Source: Anaerolineae bacterium (lineage in GTDB: Bacteria; Chloroflexota; Anaerolineae; B4-G1; SLSP01). Taken from it: DNA of 64,000 nucleotides. Made by a program: the position numbers and the translations under genes. Below, piece by piece: positions 8,835 to 18,100 of the stretch (position 1 is its first letter; each line of letters starts with the position of its first letter). The notes beneath the pieces were generated by a model. The model was not told where the DNA came from, searched no databases, and saw only the letters and a list, made by a program, of their open reading frames with translations. The DNA lies in NCBI GenBank assembly GCA_016931315.1, contig JAFGFB010000199.1, positions 882 through 64,881 of the forward strand, in the 5' to 3' direction.

Positions 8835-9227
8835 GTGGGACTCTTCAAACATTTGCAAGATGAGGTTCAGGAGCGCGAGAAGCGCGAGGGTATTACCCTG
8901 GCTGACTTGCTGGAACTCGACCCCCCGCTGCGTCGTGTGATGAATCGGGTGACTCGCTATGGGGAGATGACGGTGCCTCAAGCTGTCGAACTCCTGGAGG
9001 ATACACCGGAGAATATCACTCAGATGTTGAATACTCTCGCCGAGAAAGGCTATCTCCTGCGGGAGAAGGGTCCAGAAGGCTGGGTTTACCGCGTGCATTT
9101 GGCTCGTAAGCGTGGTACATCGTTGCCGCCGGGCGTGTGGTCTGCATTGGGGAGCCAGCTACAACCGGAGCCCTCGGATGCTCCTGACGAAGACTCTGAA
9201 GACATCGTGGAAACTGAAACGCCCTAA
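8835..9227 (+). CDS. Winged-helix (MarR/ArsR-like) DNA-binding protein with acidic C-terminal tail
   Basis: ITLADLLELDPPLRRVMNRVTRYGEMTVPQAVELLEDTPENITQMLNTLAEKGYLLRE...WVYRVHL matches helix-turn-helix plus wing topology. The C-terminus is PEPSDAPDEDSEDIVETETP. Confidence 0.5.
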   Translation: MGLFKHLQDEVQEREKREGITLADLLELDPPLRRVMNRVTRYGEMTVPQAVELLEDTPENITQMLNTLAEKGYLLREKGPEGWVYRVHLARKRGTSLPPGVWSALGSQLQPEPSDAPDEDSEDIVETETP

Positions 9228-9262
9228 GTGTTCATGTCTCCTTTGGATCGCTGGCATAACAG

Positions 9263-10462
9263 GTGGAAAGAGCTATGCAGATTTTTCTGGCTGCTTTGAT
9301 TGCGGGAGGCATCCCTCTCATCTTCCTTTTCGTCATCTATGCACTTGATCTCTATGCCTCCCGCACTTTTCGCCTGGTGCTTGCCTGTTTTGCCTGGGGC
9401 GCCATTGGCGGCGTTGGACTTGCCTATCTTTTCAATACCCGTGTGGCGGTTCCCTTTATTCAGCGCTATCGCCTTGACCTGCTATGGCTCTATGTGGTTT
9501 TTGCGCCTATCGCTGAGGAGCTTTTCAAATCTCTCTCCCTCTTCCCTGTATCTCGTCACCGTGATTTTACCTATTTTGTTGATGGCGCGATTTATGGTTT
9601 TGCTTCCGGTATCGGTTTTTCCATTACTGAGAACTTCCTCTATATTAGCCAGGCTCCCAGATCGGCAATCTTGCTGGCGCTTATCCGTGCTTTCTCTACC
9701 TGTTTGATGCACGGCAGCGCTGCTGCCCTGGTGGGCGTGGCGGTGGGGCGTTTCCGTTTCCGCCGCGGGGTTCATCGCGGGCTGGCCGTTGTGGGCGGGT
9801 GGGGAGCCGCTATTCTGCTGCACGCTTTCTTCAATGCGATTGGGCAGGCAAATCTTGTGGGCTCTGGTCTGGTAACGCCACTATCTGTTGCCATCGGACT
9901 TCTGGGCGTGGGCTTGATTGCCTTTTTCATCAACCGGGGTCTCCAAGAAGAGGGCAAGTGGATGCTGGAGACTCTGGATCGCCAGGTTGAGGTGAGCGGC
10001 GCCGAGGCCCGCGCTGCCCAGTCTTTTGCCACGCTGGAAGAGCTTTTGGCGCCGTTGGCAGTTACCTTTCCTGAGAAAGCGGAGCAGATCGAGGCTCTGG
10101 TGTTGCATCAGGCGAAATTCGGCATCAAACGGAAGATTTTCCAGCAGCTAGAAGCGCCGGAAGCCAGGACGCGTTTGCAGCAAGAGCTGGATGAGATGCA
10201 GGTGGAGATGGAAACGTTGCGCCGGCAGATTGGCAGCTATGCCATGATTTATGTGCGCAGCGTTTTTCCTGAGGGGCGTGTAAATGTCTGGTCGAACCTG
10301 GAACTTGTAGTGCGCCAGGACCAACCTGCCGATGTGGCGCGTTGGACTACACTGCTCACGGCAAAGGATGCTGCTGGTGCTGCGCCGTCAGCGCGCAGTA
10401 TCTTTGGGCGCCTGGGCGAAATTCAGCAAGAGAAACACCAGGGGAATGACGCCGGCCAATGA
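9263..10462 (+). CDS. PrsW-family intramembrane metalloprotease with ~170-aa cytoplasmic coiled-coil extension
   Basis: Polytopic N-terminal half carrying PrsW signature motifs (APIAEELFKS = EExxK; GFSITENFLY; MHGSAAALVG = HxxxxA). The C-terminal half is rich in coiled-coil-like heptads (QQELDEMQVEMETLRRQIG). Confidence 0.65.
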   Translation: MERAMQIFLAALIAGGIPLIFLFVIYALDLYASRTFRLVLACFAWGAIGGVGLAYLFNTRVAVPFIQRYRLDLLWLYVVFAPIAEELFKSLSLFPVSRHRDFTYFVDGAIYGFASGIGFSITENFLYISQAPRSAILLALIRAFSTCLMHGSAAALVGVAVGRFRFRRGVHRGLAVVGGWGAAILLHAFFNAIGQANLVGSGLVTPLSVAIGLLGVGLIAFFINRGLQEEGKWMLETLDRQVEVSGAEARAAQSFATLEELLAPLAVTFPEKAEQIEALVLHQAKFGIKRKIFQQLEAPEARTRLQQELDEMQVEMETLRRQIGSYAMIYVRSVFPEGRVNVWSNLELVVRQDQPADVARWTTLLTAKDAAGAAPSARSIFGRLGEIQQEKHQGNDAGQ

Positions 10463-13400
10463 ACCGGTGGCGGGTTGTGCTGCCGCCACTCTACCTGCCG
10501 TGCTGCAAGATTACCTTTCTCCTTCTTTGTGGGAGCAGCTGCAAGCAGAACCCACTCGCCGAGGGTTGTTGCTTGATGCTCTCACTGCCTTGCATTCCTT
10601 TGTTTACTTGCTTTCCACGTACCTGCCCCATCCGCTTGTTGAAGCGCTTAAGCGCGACCCAGCGCCTGGCCAGATTGGCGGCGAGTGTTTGGAGGGCAGT
10701 CTGCTCTTTGCCGATGTGAGCGGCTTTACGGCGCTTTCGGAGCGCCTGGCAGCTCAGGGATCCATCGGCGTTGAAACCCTTACCGGGCACATCAACACTT
10801 ACTTTGACGCCATGGTCCAGGTCCTGGCGCGTTCTTCCGGCGCGTTGCTCAAGTTCGCGGGAGATGCCCTGCTCGCCTATTTTCCCTTGCAGGCCAATGG
10901 ACGACACGCGCAATGGGCCAGTCGCGCGGCGCAGCGCATGATGCGCGTCATGGGCGCTTTTGCCGCTTTGGAAACCCCCGCCGGACCGGTCGCGCTTCGC
11001 ATGAAGATAGGGCTGGCTACCGGTCCCTTTGTGGCAGTAAAAGCCGGTGTGCCGGAGCGGATGGAGTACGTCGTTTTTGGTGAGACGGTCTCCCGTACCC
11101 TGGCGCTGGAGGGCACGTTGAGCGCTGGACAAATTGGTGTAGATGCAGCGACTGCGGCGCTCCTGGCGCCAGCGCAAATTCAACCTCATACCGGCGATTT
11201 CTTCCTCTTTGCCTTGGATAACGCCGAAGAACACGCCGATTTTGAAATTCAGGTTGAAGGTCAGCGGCGCGGTCGCAGCAGCGGCTTGTTGATGGCTTCA
11301 CATGAGGAACTTCACGCACAGATTACCCTCGCGCTGCGCCAGATTCAGGCCTTGAGTGCTTTCTTGTCGGCACCGCTTGTGGAATTGTTGTTGGTGCACG
11401 CCCATCAGCGACAGCTGCCGGCGGAAAATCGTCCCGCCGCAATTCTCTTCTTCAATCTGACCGGGATCGAGCCGTTGTGGGATTCCGCGAATCCACACAC
11501 ATTGCCTCGCGCCACACAGGTTTTGAATGCTTGTTTCAACGTAGTGCAGACAAGTGTCGCCCGCTACGGAGGCATAATTAGCCGTATTGACCCTTATAAG
11601 GTGGGGTCCAAAATCCTTGCCATATTTGGTGCGCCCGTAGCGCATGAGGATGATCCCCTGCGTGCGGTGCGGGCTGCCCTCGATGCGCGGGCCGGGCTCG
11701 CCGGGTTGCTTGCGCGTTGGGAGCGCGATTCTACCCTGGCCGCAGACCCGGCCTGCGGCCAGGACGCAGGGATTGCGCTGCAGGCGGGCATCGCTTACGG
11801 ACCCACATTTGCGGGGCCTGTTGGTGCGGCAATTCGCCGTGAATATACGCTCATGGGAGACGACGTCAATCTTGCTGCGCGGCTAATGGGCGCGGCGCAA
11901 CCGGGGCAGATTCTTGTAGCTCCCGCCGTAGCTGTCTCCATTCAAGCCGCCGTAAAACTGACGGCGCTAGCTCCGTTGCGGCTCAAGGGAAAGCGCGATC
12001 CGGTCCCCGTTTTTCAGGTTGAAAGTCTGGGGCATGATCCCTTGTCACGCCGGTTGGCGCTTCGAGGGCCACTTTTGGGACGGGAAGCTGAGTTGGGACT
12101 GGCACGTGCAGCCTTGCAAAAAGCGCTCTCTGGGAAGGGGAGCCTGTTGAGTGTGGTCGGCGAACCAGGGATTGGAAAGAGCCATTTCGCCGATACGTTG
12201 GCGGCTGAGGCGCGGGCCCAGGGTGCCAGTGTACACCTTAGCACATGTGCCGCTTATGCACTTGCCACTCCTTATGCCCCGTGGATTGCTCTCATCCGGA
12301 CGCTGGCTCATCTTGCACCCGAACTGGCGGGTGAGGCTGCTGCGCGGCAGCTTTTGGAATGGCTCGCGCGTGAGGGCTGCCTTGCCGAAGATATCTCCGC
12401 GCCTCTATTGCAGTTGTTCGGTTTGCCTGTGCTTTCGCTGGGAAACATACCCACCTTCGGAGAATCTGTGAATTCGCCCGTACCAGTTCGTCCCGGACTC
12501 TTTCAGCGTCTTGGCGCGCAGGTTGCGCCATCCCCTGCGGCTCCTGTCAGGGCTTCGCTCTGGCAGCTGGCTCGTGAGCGACAGCATGTGCCTGGCGGCA
12601 GCGATACATGGCGTCAACTGGAGCGCCGTATCGCCGACCGTGTGCAGACCCGGCTTTTCAATGCCATGGAGCATTTGTGGACTGCGTTAGCACAGAAGTC
12701 GCCCCGCGTGTTGATTTTTGAGGATGTTCACTGGCTTGATGCGCCTTCGCGCAATTTGCTGACGCATTTAGTCGGTGCGCTCTCTGATTATCCGGTGTTA
12801 TTTTTGATCACCTGCCGCCCGGCAGAGAGGGCGGGGAACACTTTTTCCGCACAGGTGATTTCTTTAGGGCCTCTGACGCCGAAAGCAGTTGAGGCTTTGG
12901 TGTCTCATCTACTGGGTGCAGATAGTCTTTCGGGTGAACTACTGGCGCTAATGCCCACGTTGATGGCGAAGACTGGCGGAAATCCGTTGTTTATCGAGGA
13001 ACTCTGTGCCTGGTTTCGGCGCAACGGGGTCCAGGATCTTGAAGCCGGATTGCGGCACTCGTTGACTCTCCAGGAACTGGTGCTAAGCCGTTTGGATACG
13101 CTCTCACATGTGGAGGGGATGGCGGTGCGCGCCGCATCGGTCGTGGGTAACGATTTTCAGGTGTCTGAACTGGCTGCGCTGTTGCACGAGACTGTGCCCA
13201 CTCACTTGTCGCCGGCCCTTGAGGGGTTGGAGAACGCCCGTTTCACTTTTGCTATGCCGCAGGTGAATGTTGAGCATGGCGCCGTGGCACATTCCTTTTG
13301 CCAAACCCTGGTTCGCGAGATGCTCTATGACTCGCAACCTCTTGTCCGGCGCCGTCAACTTCATGCCCGGTTGGCGGAGTATCTTCGCACCAATCATGCA

Positions 13401-14363
13401 GCCGACCTCGCGGCTGTGGCGGAAGAGCTCGCTTATCACTATCTTCAGGCCAGCGCCTGGCTTGAAGCGAGCCGTTTCGCCCTTCTGGCAGGGACCAAGG
13501 CGCAATCCCGCGCTGCCTACGAGGCGGCTCTGGAGCATTACACGGCTGCGGAGCAGGCATTGACGCATCTTTCGGGGGCGAAAAATGCGACGCCGGAGGC
13601 ACGTGATTTATGGGGGCGTGTGCGTGTGGGGCAGGGTGATGTGGCATTCCTTCAAGGTCACTTTGAAGCCGCTGGGCAAGCTTATGCTGCGGCGCACCCC
13701 GATTTGCAGGATGCTCCGCAACTACTGGCGCGCGCCGTGTTGGTGCGACCTCTCTTGAAGCCGGGTGTATCCATGCTGGAGATGACGGAGGATGCATGGA
13801 ATGTGCTTGAATCAGCGGGAACGGCGTTACCTGCCATCGCTGCTGTGCTCGCGTGGTTTCACTGGCGTGAGGGCGACCTTCAGGTGGCGTGCAGGTGGGC
13901 AGAACGCGGCAGCCCAAATGCGTTGATGGCGTTCATTGGTGGCGATTTGCAGAAGGCATGGGGCAGCTACCAGGCTGAGAAGGAACTGGCTGGTGCGGCG
14001 TTGGTCGCACTGCAGCTGGCTGAATCTCAGTCTGCACAGGGTGCCGCGAAGTTGTGGTTGGCGCGCGCCACAGAAGATTGGACGCGCGAGGACGACGCTT
14101 GGGGAATGGTGCTGGTGCAATGCAAACAGGCACACCTCCTCCGGCTACAAGGTGATCTTTCGGCTGCTGCTCGGATTGTCGAAGAGGCGCGCTCGTCGTT
14201 GCAGCTGGTATCTGCGCAGGTCTTCGATTCAGAAACGCCTACGGTTGTTCCGGATGCGGGGGATTTTGAAGTCTGCATTCTAGGGCAACGACGCTATGAG
14301 GATATCTTTCATGCTCTGTATCTCTTTAATCTATTGACACCTTTCTCGCCGGAAGTACAATGA
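10446..14363 (+). CDS. Tandem class III adenylate/guanylate cyclase domains + STAND/AAA ATPase + TPR-like helical C-terminus
   Basis: Cyclase domain 1 (LLFADVSGFTALSERL...KFAGDALLAYF). Cyclase domain 2 (AILFFNLTGIEPLW...KILAIFGAPVAHEDDPLRAVRAALD...REYTLMGDDVNLAARLM). P-loop GEPGIGKSHFA and Walker B-like VLIFEDVHWLD. Long alpha-helical C-terminus. The start at 10446 (MTPANEPV) overlaps the PrsW stop by 17 nt; the ORF formally opens at 10332. Confidence 0.8.
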   Translation: MTPANEPVAGCAAATLPAVLQDYLSPSLWEQLQAEPTRRGLLLDALTALHSFVYLLSTYLPHPLVEALKRDPAPGQIGGECLEGSLLFADVSGFTALSERLAAQGSIGVETLTGHINTYFDAMVQVLARSSGALLKFAGDALLAYFPLQANGRHAQWASRAAQRMMRVMGAFAALETPAGPVALRMKIGLATGPFVAVKAGVPERMEYVVFGETVSRTLALEGTLSAGQIGVDAATAALLAPAQIQPHTGDFFLFALDNAEEHADFEIQVEGQRRGRSSGLLMASHEELHAQITLALRQIQALSAFLSAPLVELLLVHAHQRQLPAENRPAAILFFNLTGIEPLWDSANPHTLPRATQVLNACFNVVQTSVARYGGIISRIDPYKVGSKILAIFGAPVAHEDDPLRAVRAALDARAGLAGLLARWERDSTLAADPACGQDAGIALQAGIAYGPTFAGPVGAAIRREYTLMGDDVNLAARLMGAAQPGQILVAPAVAVSIQAAVKLTALAPLRLKGKRDPVPVFQVESLGHDPLSRRLALRGPLLGREAELGLARAALQKALSGKGSLLSVVGEPGIGKSHFADTLAAEARAQGASVHLSTCAAYALATPYAPWIALIRTLAHLAPELAGEAAARQLLEWLAREGCLAEDISAPLLQLFGLPVLSLGNIPTFGESVNSPVPVRPGLFQRLGAQVAPSPAAPVRASLWQLARERQHVPGGSDTWRQLERRIADRVQTRLFNAMEHLWTALAQKSPRVLIFEDVHWLDAPSRNLLTHLVGALSDYPVLFLITCRPAERAGNTFSAQVISLGPLTPKAVEALVSHLLGADSLSGELLALMPTLMAKTGGNPLFIEELCAWFRRNGVQDLEAGLRHSLTLQELVLSRLDTLSHVEGMAVRAASVVGNDFQVSELAALLHETVPTHLSPALEGLENARFTFAMPQVNVEHGAVAHSFCQTLVREMLYDSQPLVRRRQLHARLAEYLRTNHAADLAAVAEELAYHYLQASAWLEASRFALLAGTKAQSRAAYEAALEHYTAAEQALTHLSGAKNATPEARDLWGRVRVGQGDVAFLQGHFEAAGQAYAAAHPDLQDAPQLLARAVLVRPLLKPGVSMLEMTEDAWNVLESAGTALPAIAAVLAWFHWREGDLQVACRWAERGSPNALMAFIGGDLQKAWGSYQAEKELAGAALVALQLAESQSAQGAAKLWLARATEDWTREDDAWGMVLVQCKQAHLLRLQGDLSAAARIVEEARSSLQLVSAQVFDSETPTVVPDAGDFEVCILGQRRYEDIFHALYLFNLLTPFSPEVQ

Positions 14364-14391
14364 CGTGAAGCTGTTACACATAAGGGGTGAA

Positions 14392-15114
14392 ATGATGCTT
14401 GATTCCACGGTACTCAAAAATGTTCCACTGTTTGCCCATCTTTCCGATACCGAGCTGGCGCAATTGCGGGCTGTCTTGACAGAACGGCATTTGAATACGG
14501 GTGACATCCTGTTCAAAATGGGTGAGGCAGGGGAGGAATTGTATATCGTGCGCCAGGGTCGCGTTGCGATCTATGTACCCAACCCTGAAACACCAGGGAA
14601 AGAGCAGCCGATTCGGATTTTCGAGCCTGGAGAGGCGTTAGGCGAGATGGCGTTGATTGACCGGCAACCACGCTCGCTCAGTGCTCGAGCTTTGGAGCCT
14701 GCCGTACTGCTTGCACTCACCGGTGAGGAGTTCCACCGGTTATTAGCTGCGCACCCCCAGCTGGCGCTGAGTGTGATGAGTGGATTGAGTGACCGCATTC
14801 GCTACACGACCGAATTCCTGAGCGAGGTGCGCGGGTGGGTGCAGCGTGTGGCGGCGGGCAAGTATGACCGTGCTGGTAGTGCAAATCAGGATTATGCTGA
14901 TCCTTCGATTGCTGCCCTGGCTGCCGAGTTTACCCAGATGGCAGTCCAGGTGCAGCAGCGCGAGGAAGCACTGCGCCAAGAGGTGCTGCAATTGCGTATC
15001 GAGATTGACGATTCCAAGCGCAAACGCCACGTGGAAGAAATCACCGGTTCGGATTATTTCCAATCTCTCCAGCAACGGGCACGTCGTCTCCGCGACGAAA
15101 AGGGTGAGGAGTAA
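14392..15114 (+). CDS. Cyclic-nucleotide-binding (CAP/Crp-type cNMP) domain protein with the same C-terminal HAMP-like + EEITGSDYF module as the 6750 sensor
   Basis: cNMP-binding signature VPLFAHLSDTELAQLRAVLTERHLNTGDILFKMGEAGEELYIVRQGRVAIY...FEPGEALGEMALIDRQPRSLSARA. The C-terminal 100 aa align residue-for-residue with the C-terminus of the 6750-7769 product. Start 1 nt after the upstream cyclase stop; the internal ATG at 14392 follows AAGGGGTGA. Confidence 0.75.
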   Translation: MMLDSTVLKNVPLFAHLSDTELAQLRAVLTERHLNTGDILFKMGEAGEELYIVRQGRVAIYVPNPETPGKEQPIRIFEPGEALGEMALIDRQPRSLSARALEPAVLLALTGEEFHRLLAAHPQLALSVMSGLSDRIRYTTEFLSEVRGWVQRVAAGKYDRAGSANQDYADPSIAALAAEFTQMAVQVQQREEALRQEVLQLRIEIDDSKRKRHVEEITGSDYFQSLQQRARRLRDEKGEE

Positions 15115-15178
15115 CCGCGTCCTGTCTCGTGTCTTATAGTGCAGTTTGCGCAATCGGTTTATTGGGGAGGCGGTAGCC

Positions 15179-18100
15179 ATGCAATGTTCAGCATGCGGTA
15201 ATCTCAATCCAGGCACAGCCCGTTTTTGTATGTATTGCGGGGCAGCCCTTGTCAAGGGTAAGGTCTGTGCGCGTTGCTTCACGTTATTGCCCGTAGAAGC
15301 GCGTTATTGTTTTCATTGTGGCGCCTTTCAGGGTGAATCCGAGGGTCTCAGCCCCACACCGGTGACGCCAGCGGCAAGCACCACGTCGAGAGTTTCCCCC
15401 GTGGTCTCCATCCCCCGCGAACCCATCATGTCTGAAGCTGAGCCGGTAGCCTCTTTGGACGTTGCTTTGCCGCCTGAGCGTTCATTGGAAGCGTTGCGCA
15501 ATGACTTGCGGCGTTATTTGCCGGACTCGCTCTATGAACCGCTGGAGCGCCGCCCCAAGGATCGGGACATCCTCGCGGTGCGGGATCATCTTAGCGCTCT
15601 GTTGAGCACGGTGAAGACCTACCTCCCAGGTCCTGTGGTGTTAGCGCCGCAACCGGCCGGTGAGCCAGCTGGGGGCATGTTGCAAGGCGTGTTTCTCTTT
15701 GGTGATGTTTCGGGCTTCACGCCGCTCTCCGAACGTTTGAAGCCTCTGGGACATGAGGGCGCTGAGCGGATTACCGGCATCATCAATGCCTTGTTCTCAC
15801 AATTGGTGCGGGTGCTTTTTGCTCATGGTGGGACTTTGTTGAAGTTTGGTGGTGACGCGCTGTTGGGGCTGTTCCCCGCAGGTAACAAGGCTGAGCTTGC
15901 GGCAGGGGTGTTGCGCGCAACGCAGGCTGCCTTGGAGATGCAGGCGGTCATGAAGCGCGATGAGTTTGCGGCTATTGATGCCCTTGGTGAGACTCAAGCT
16001 CTGAAAATCAAGTGCGGCATCTCTGCCGGGCCTTATTTTGCCGCCCATATCGGGACCTCTCCGCAACCCGACTCAGGCGATTTGGGTTCGATGGCGTACG
16101 TGACTACCGGACACACGGTGAATCTGGCTGAAGAGTGTGAGGGGCATGCCAATCCGGGTGAAGTGGTTTTGCCGACAGCGGTTTGTACTCTGGTCGAAGG
16201 ACAACTAGAGACTGCACCGGTGACCAAGTCTCCGGACCCGGCTTTTTTTCGGGTGTCGAAGGTGTTGGTGGCTCTTCCGGAGGTTCCGGAGCAACTGTTT
16301 GCCGCTGAGCCGCCTGAGGGGTCTCCTTTGGCGCAAATCACTTACCTCGCCGACCGCTTGAACCGGCTGACTCCCTATCTATCCGTCGAGCTTCTCAGCC
16401 GTATTGCCCTTAACCCGCGTGATGCGCGCATTGCACCCGACCACCGTCCCGTTACTGTGATGTTTGTGAATTATGTGGGCATCAGCGACCTGATCGAGGA
16501 CCTGGGGGAAAGCCATCCTCAGATCATCGTGGAACAGCTCAATGCTTACTTCATGTGGATGGCGCAGGTCGTGGAGAAATATGAGGGGGCGTTGGCGCGT
16601 ATGGATCAATACGCCGTGGGTGACCGGTTGGTGATCTTTTTCGGCGCGCCGCGCGCGCACGAGGATGACCCTGTGCGCGCGGTCTATACGGCGCTGGAGA
16701 TGCAAGCCCTTACTCGGGAGCGTTTTTCGGCTCTCCAAACCCCCTTTGGTATCTATCGCTTCCGCCAGCGTATTGGTATCAATACTGGCACGCTCTTCGC
16801 GGGAAATGTGGGCGCGTCTGACCTGCGTCAGGAATATACGCTCATGGGTGATGATATCAATATGGCGGCGCGGCTGATGTCGTATGCAGAGTGGGGTAAA
16901 ATCTACATTAGCAACAAAACTGAAGAACGGGTGCGCCCCTTCTTTGAGTTGAGCGACCGTTTCGATTTGAAGGTGAAGGGCAAGGCGATTCTCATCCCAA
17001 CCTATAAAGTGCTGGGACCGCGTGACGAGGTCGGACCTACACGGGGCCTGGAAAGTGGTGAATCCCCGCTTATCGGGCGTCAGGAGGCATTGGCACAGTT
17101 GCAGCAGGTCGGGCAGCGTTTCCTCGGCGGGCGCGGGCAGATTGTGGCATTGTTGGGAAATAGCGGCTTGGGCAAATCCCGGTTGTTACGGGAATTGCAG
17201 CGGTGGTATGCCGGGCAGCCTGAGGCGGCAGAGTTGCGCTGGATCGAAGCGCGCCCTTTTTCCTTTAGCGAGCACATTAACTACTGGCTGGCGCGCGAAA
17301 TGCTACGCACTATGCTGGGATTGGCTCCGGATGCTGATGAGAACGAAATACTCTTCCAACTCTGGGAGCAGACCGAAAGCCTGCTGGGCAAAGAAAAAGC
17401 CCGCGAAATTGCGCCTTTTTTGGCCTATCTGATGAATTTGCCGTTGGAGGGTGTTTGGGCGCAGGAGGTCAAAGACCTTAGCCCGCAGGTGCGCCAGAAG
17501 GAGATTCTCTGGGCGGCGCGGGAATTTTTTAGCGCCGCTGCCCGGCGCGGACCGCTGTTGATTGCTCTGGATGACCTGCATTGGGCGGATGAAGCATCGC
17601 TGGCGTTGGTGGAAACTTTGTTGGCGGTGACCGATCAGGCGCCGTTGCTGTTTTGCCTGGCCTCCCGCCCTACACGCGATAAGCGCAGCTGGCAATTACG
17701 CAATGTCGCCGCTGGCAATTTTCCCCATCGCTATACTGAGGTGCAACTCCAACCCCTGCTTCGTGAGCAGAGTCAGAGCTTGCTTCAGGCGTTATTGCCT
17801 GGCGCCCAATTCTCTGAGGCGACGTTGGTAGATATTTTCGATAAATCTGCCGGAAACCCATTCTATCTGGAAGAAGTGGTACGCTCCCTTATTGAAAGCG
17901 GCGCTGTGGCACCGGAGGCGGTGCCGCTATCAGGTGTTGAGGGGGCTGAGAGCAAGGCGCAGAGCTTAAGACGATGGCATGTGACCTCCCGTATTGAGCA
18001 GATTACGGTTCCCACGAGCCTCCATGCTGCGATTGTCTCGCGTATTGACCGGTTGACGGAGGATGCCCGACAGGGGTTGCAGATGGCTGCGGTCCTCGGG

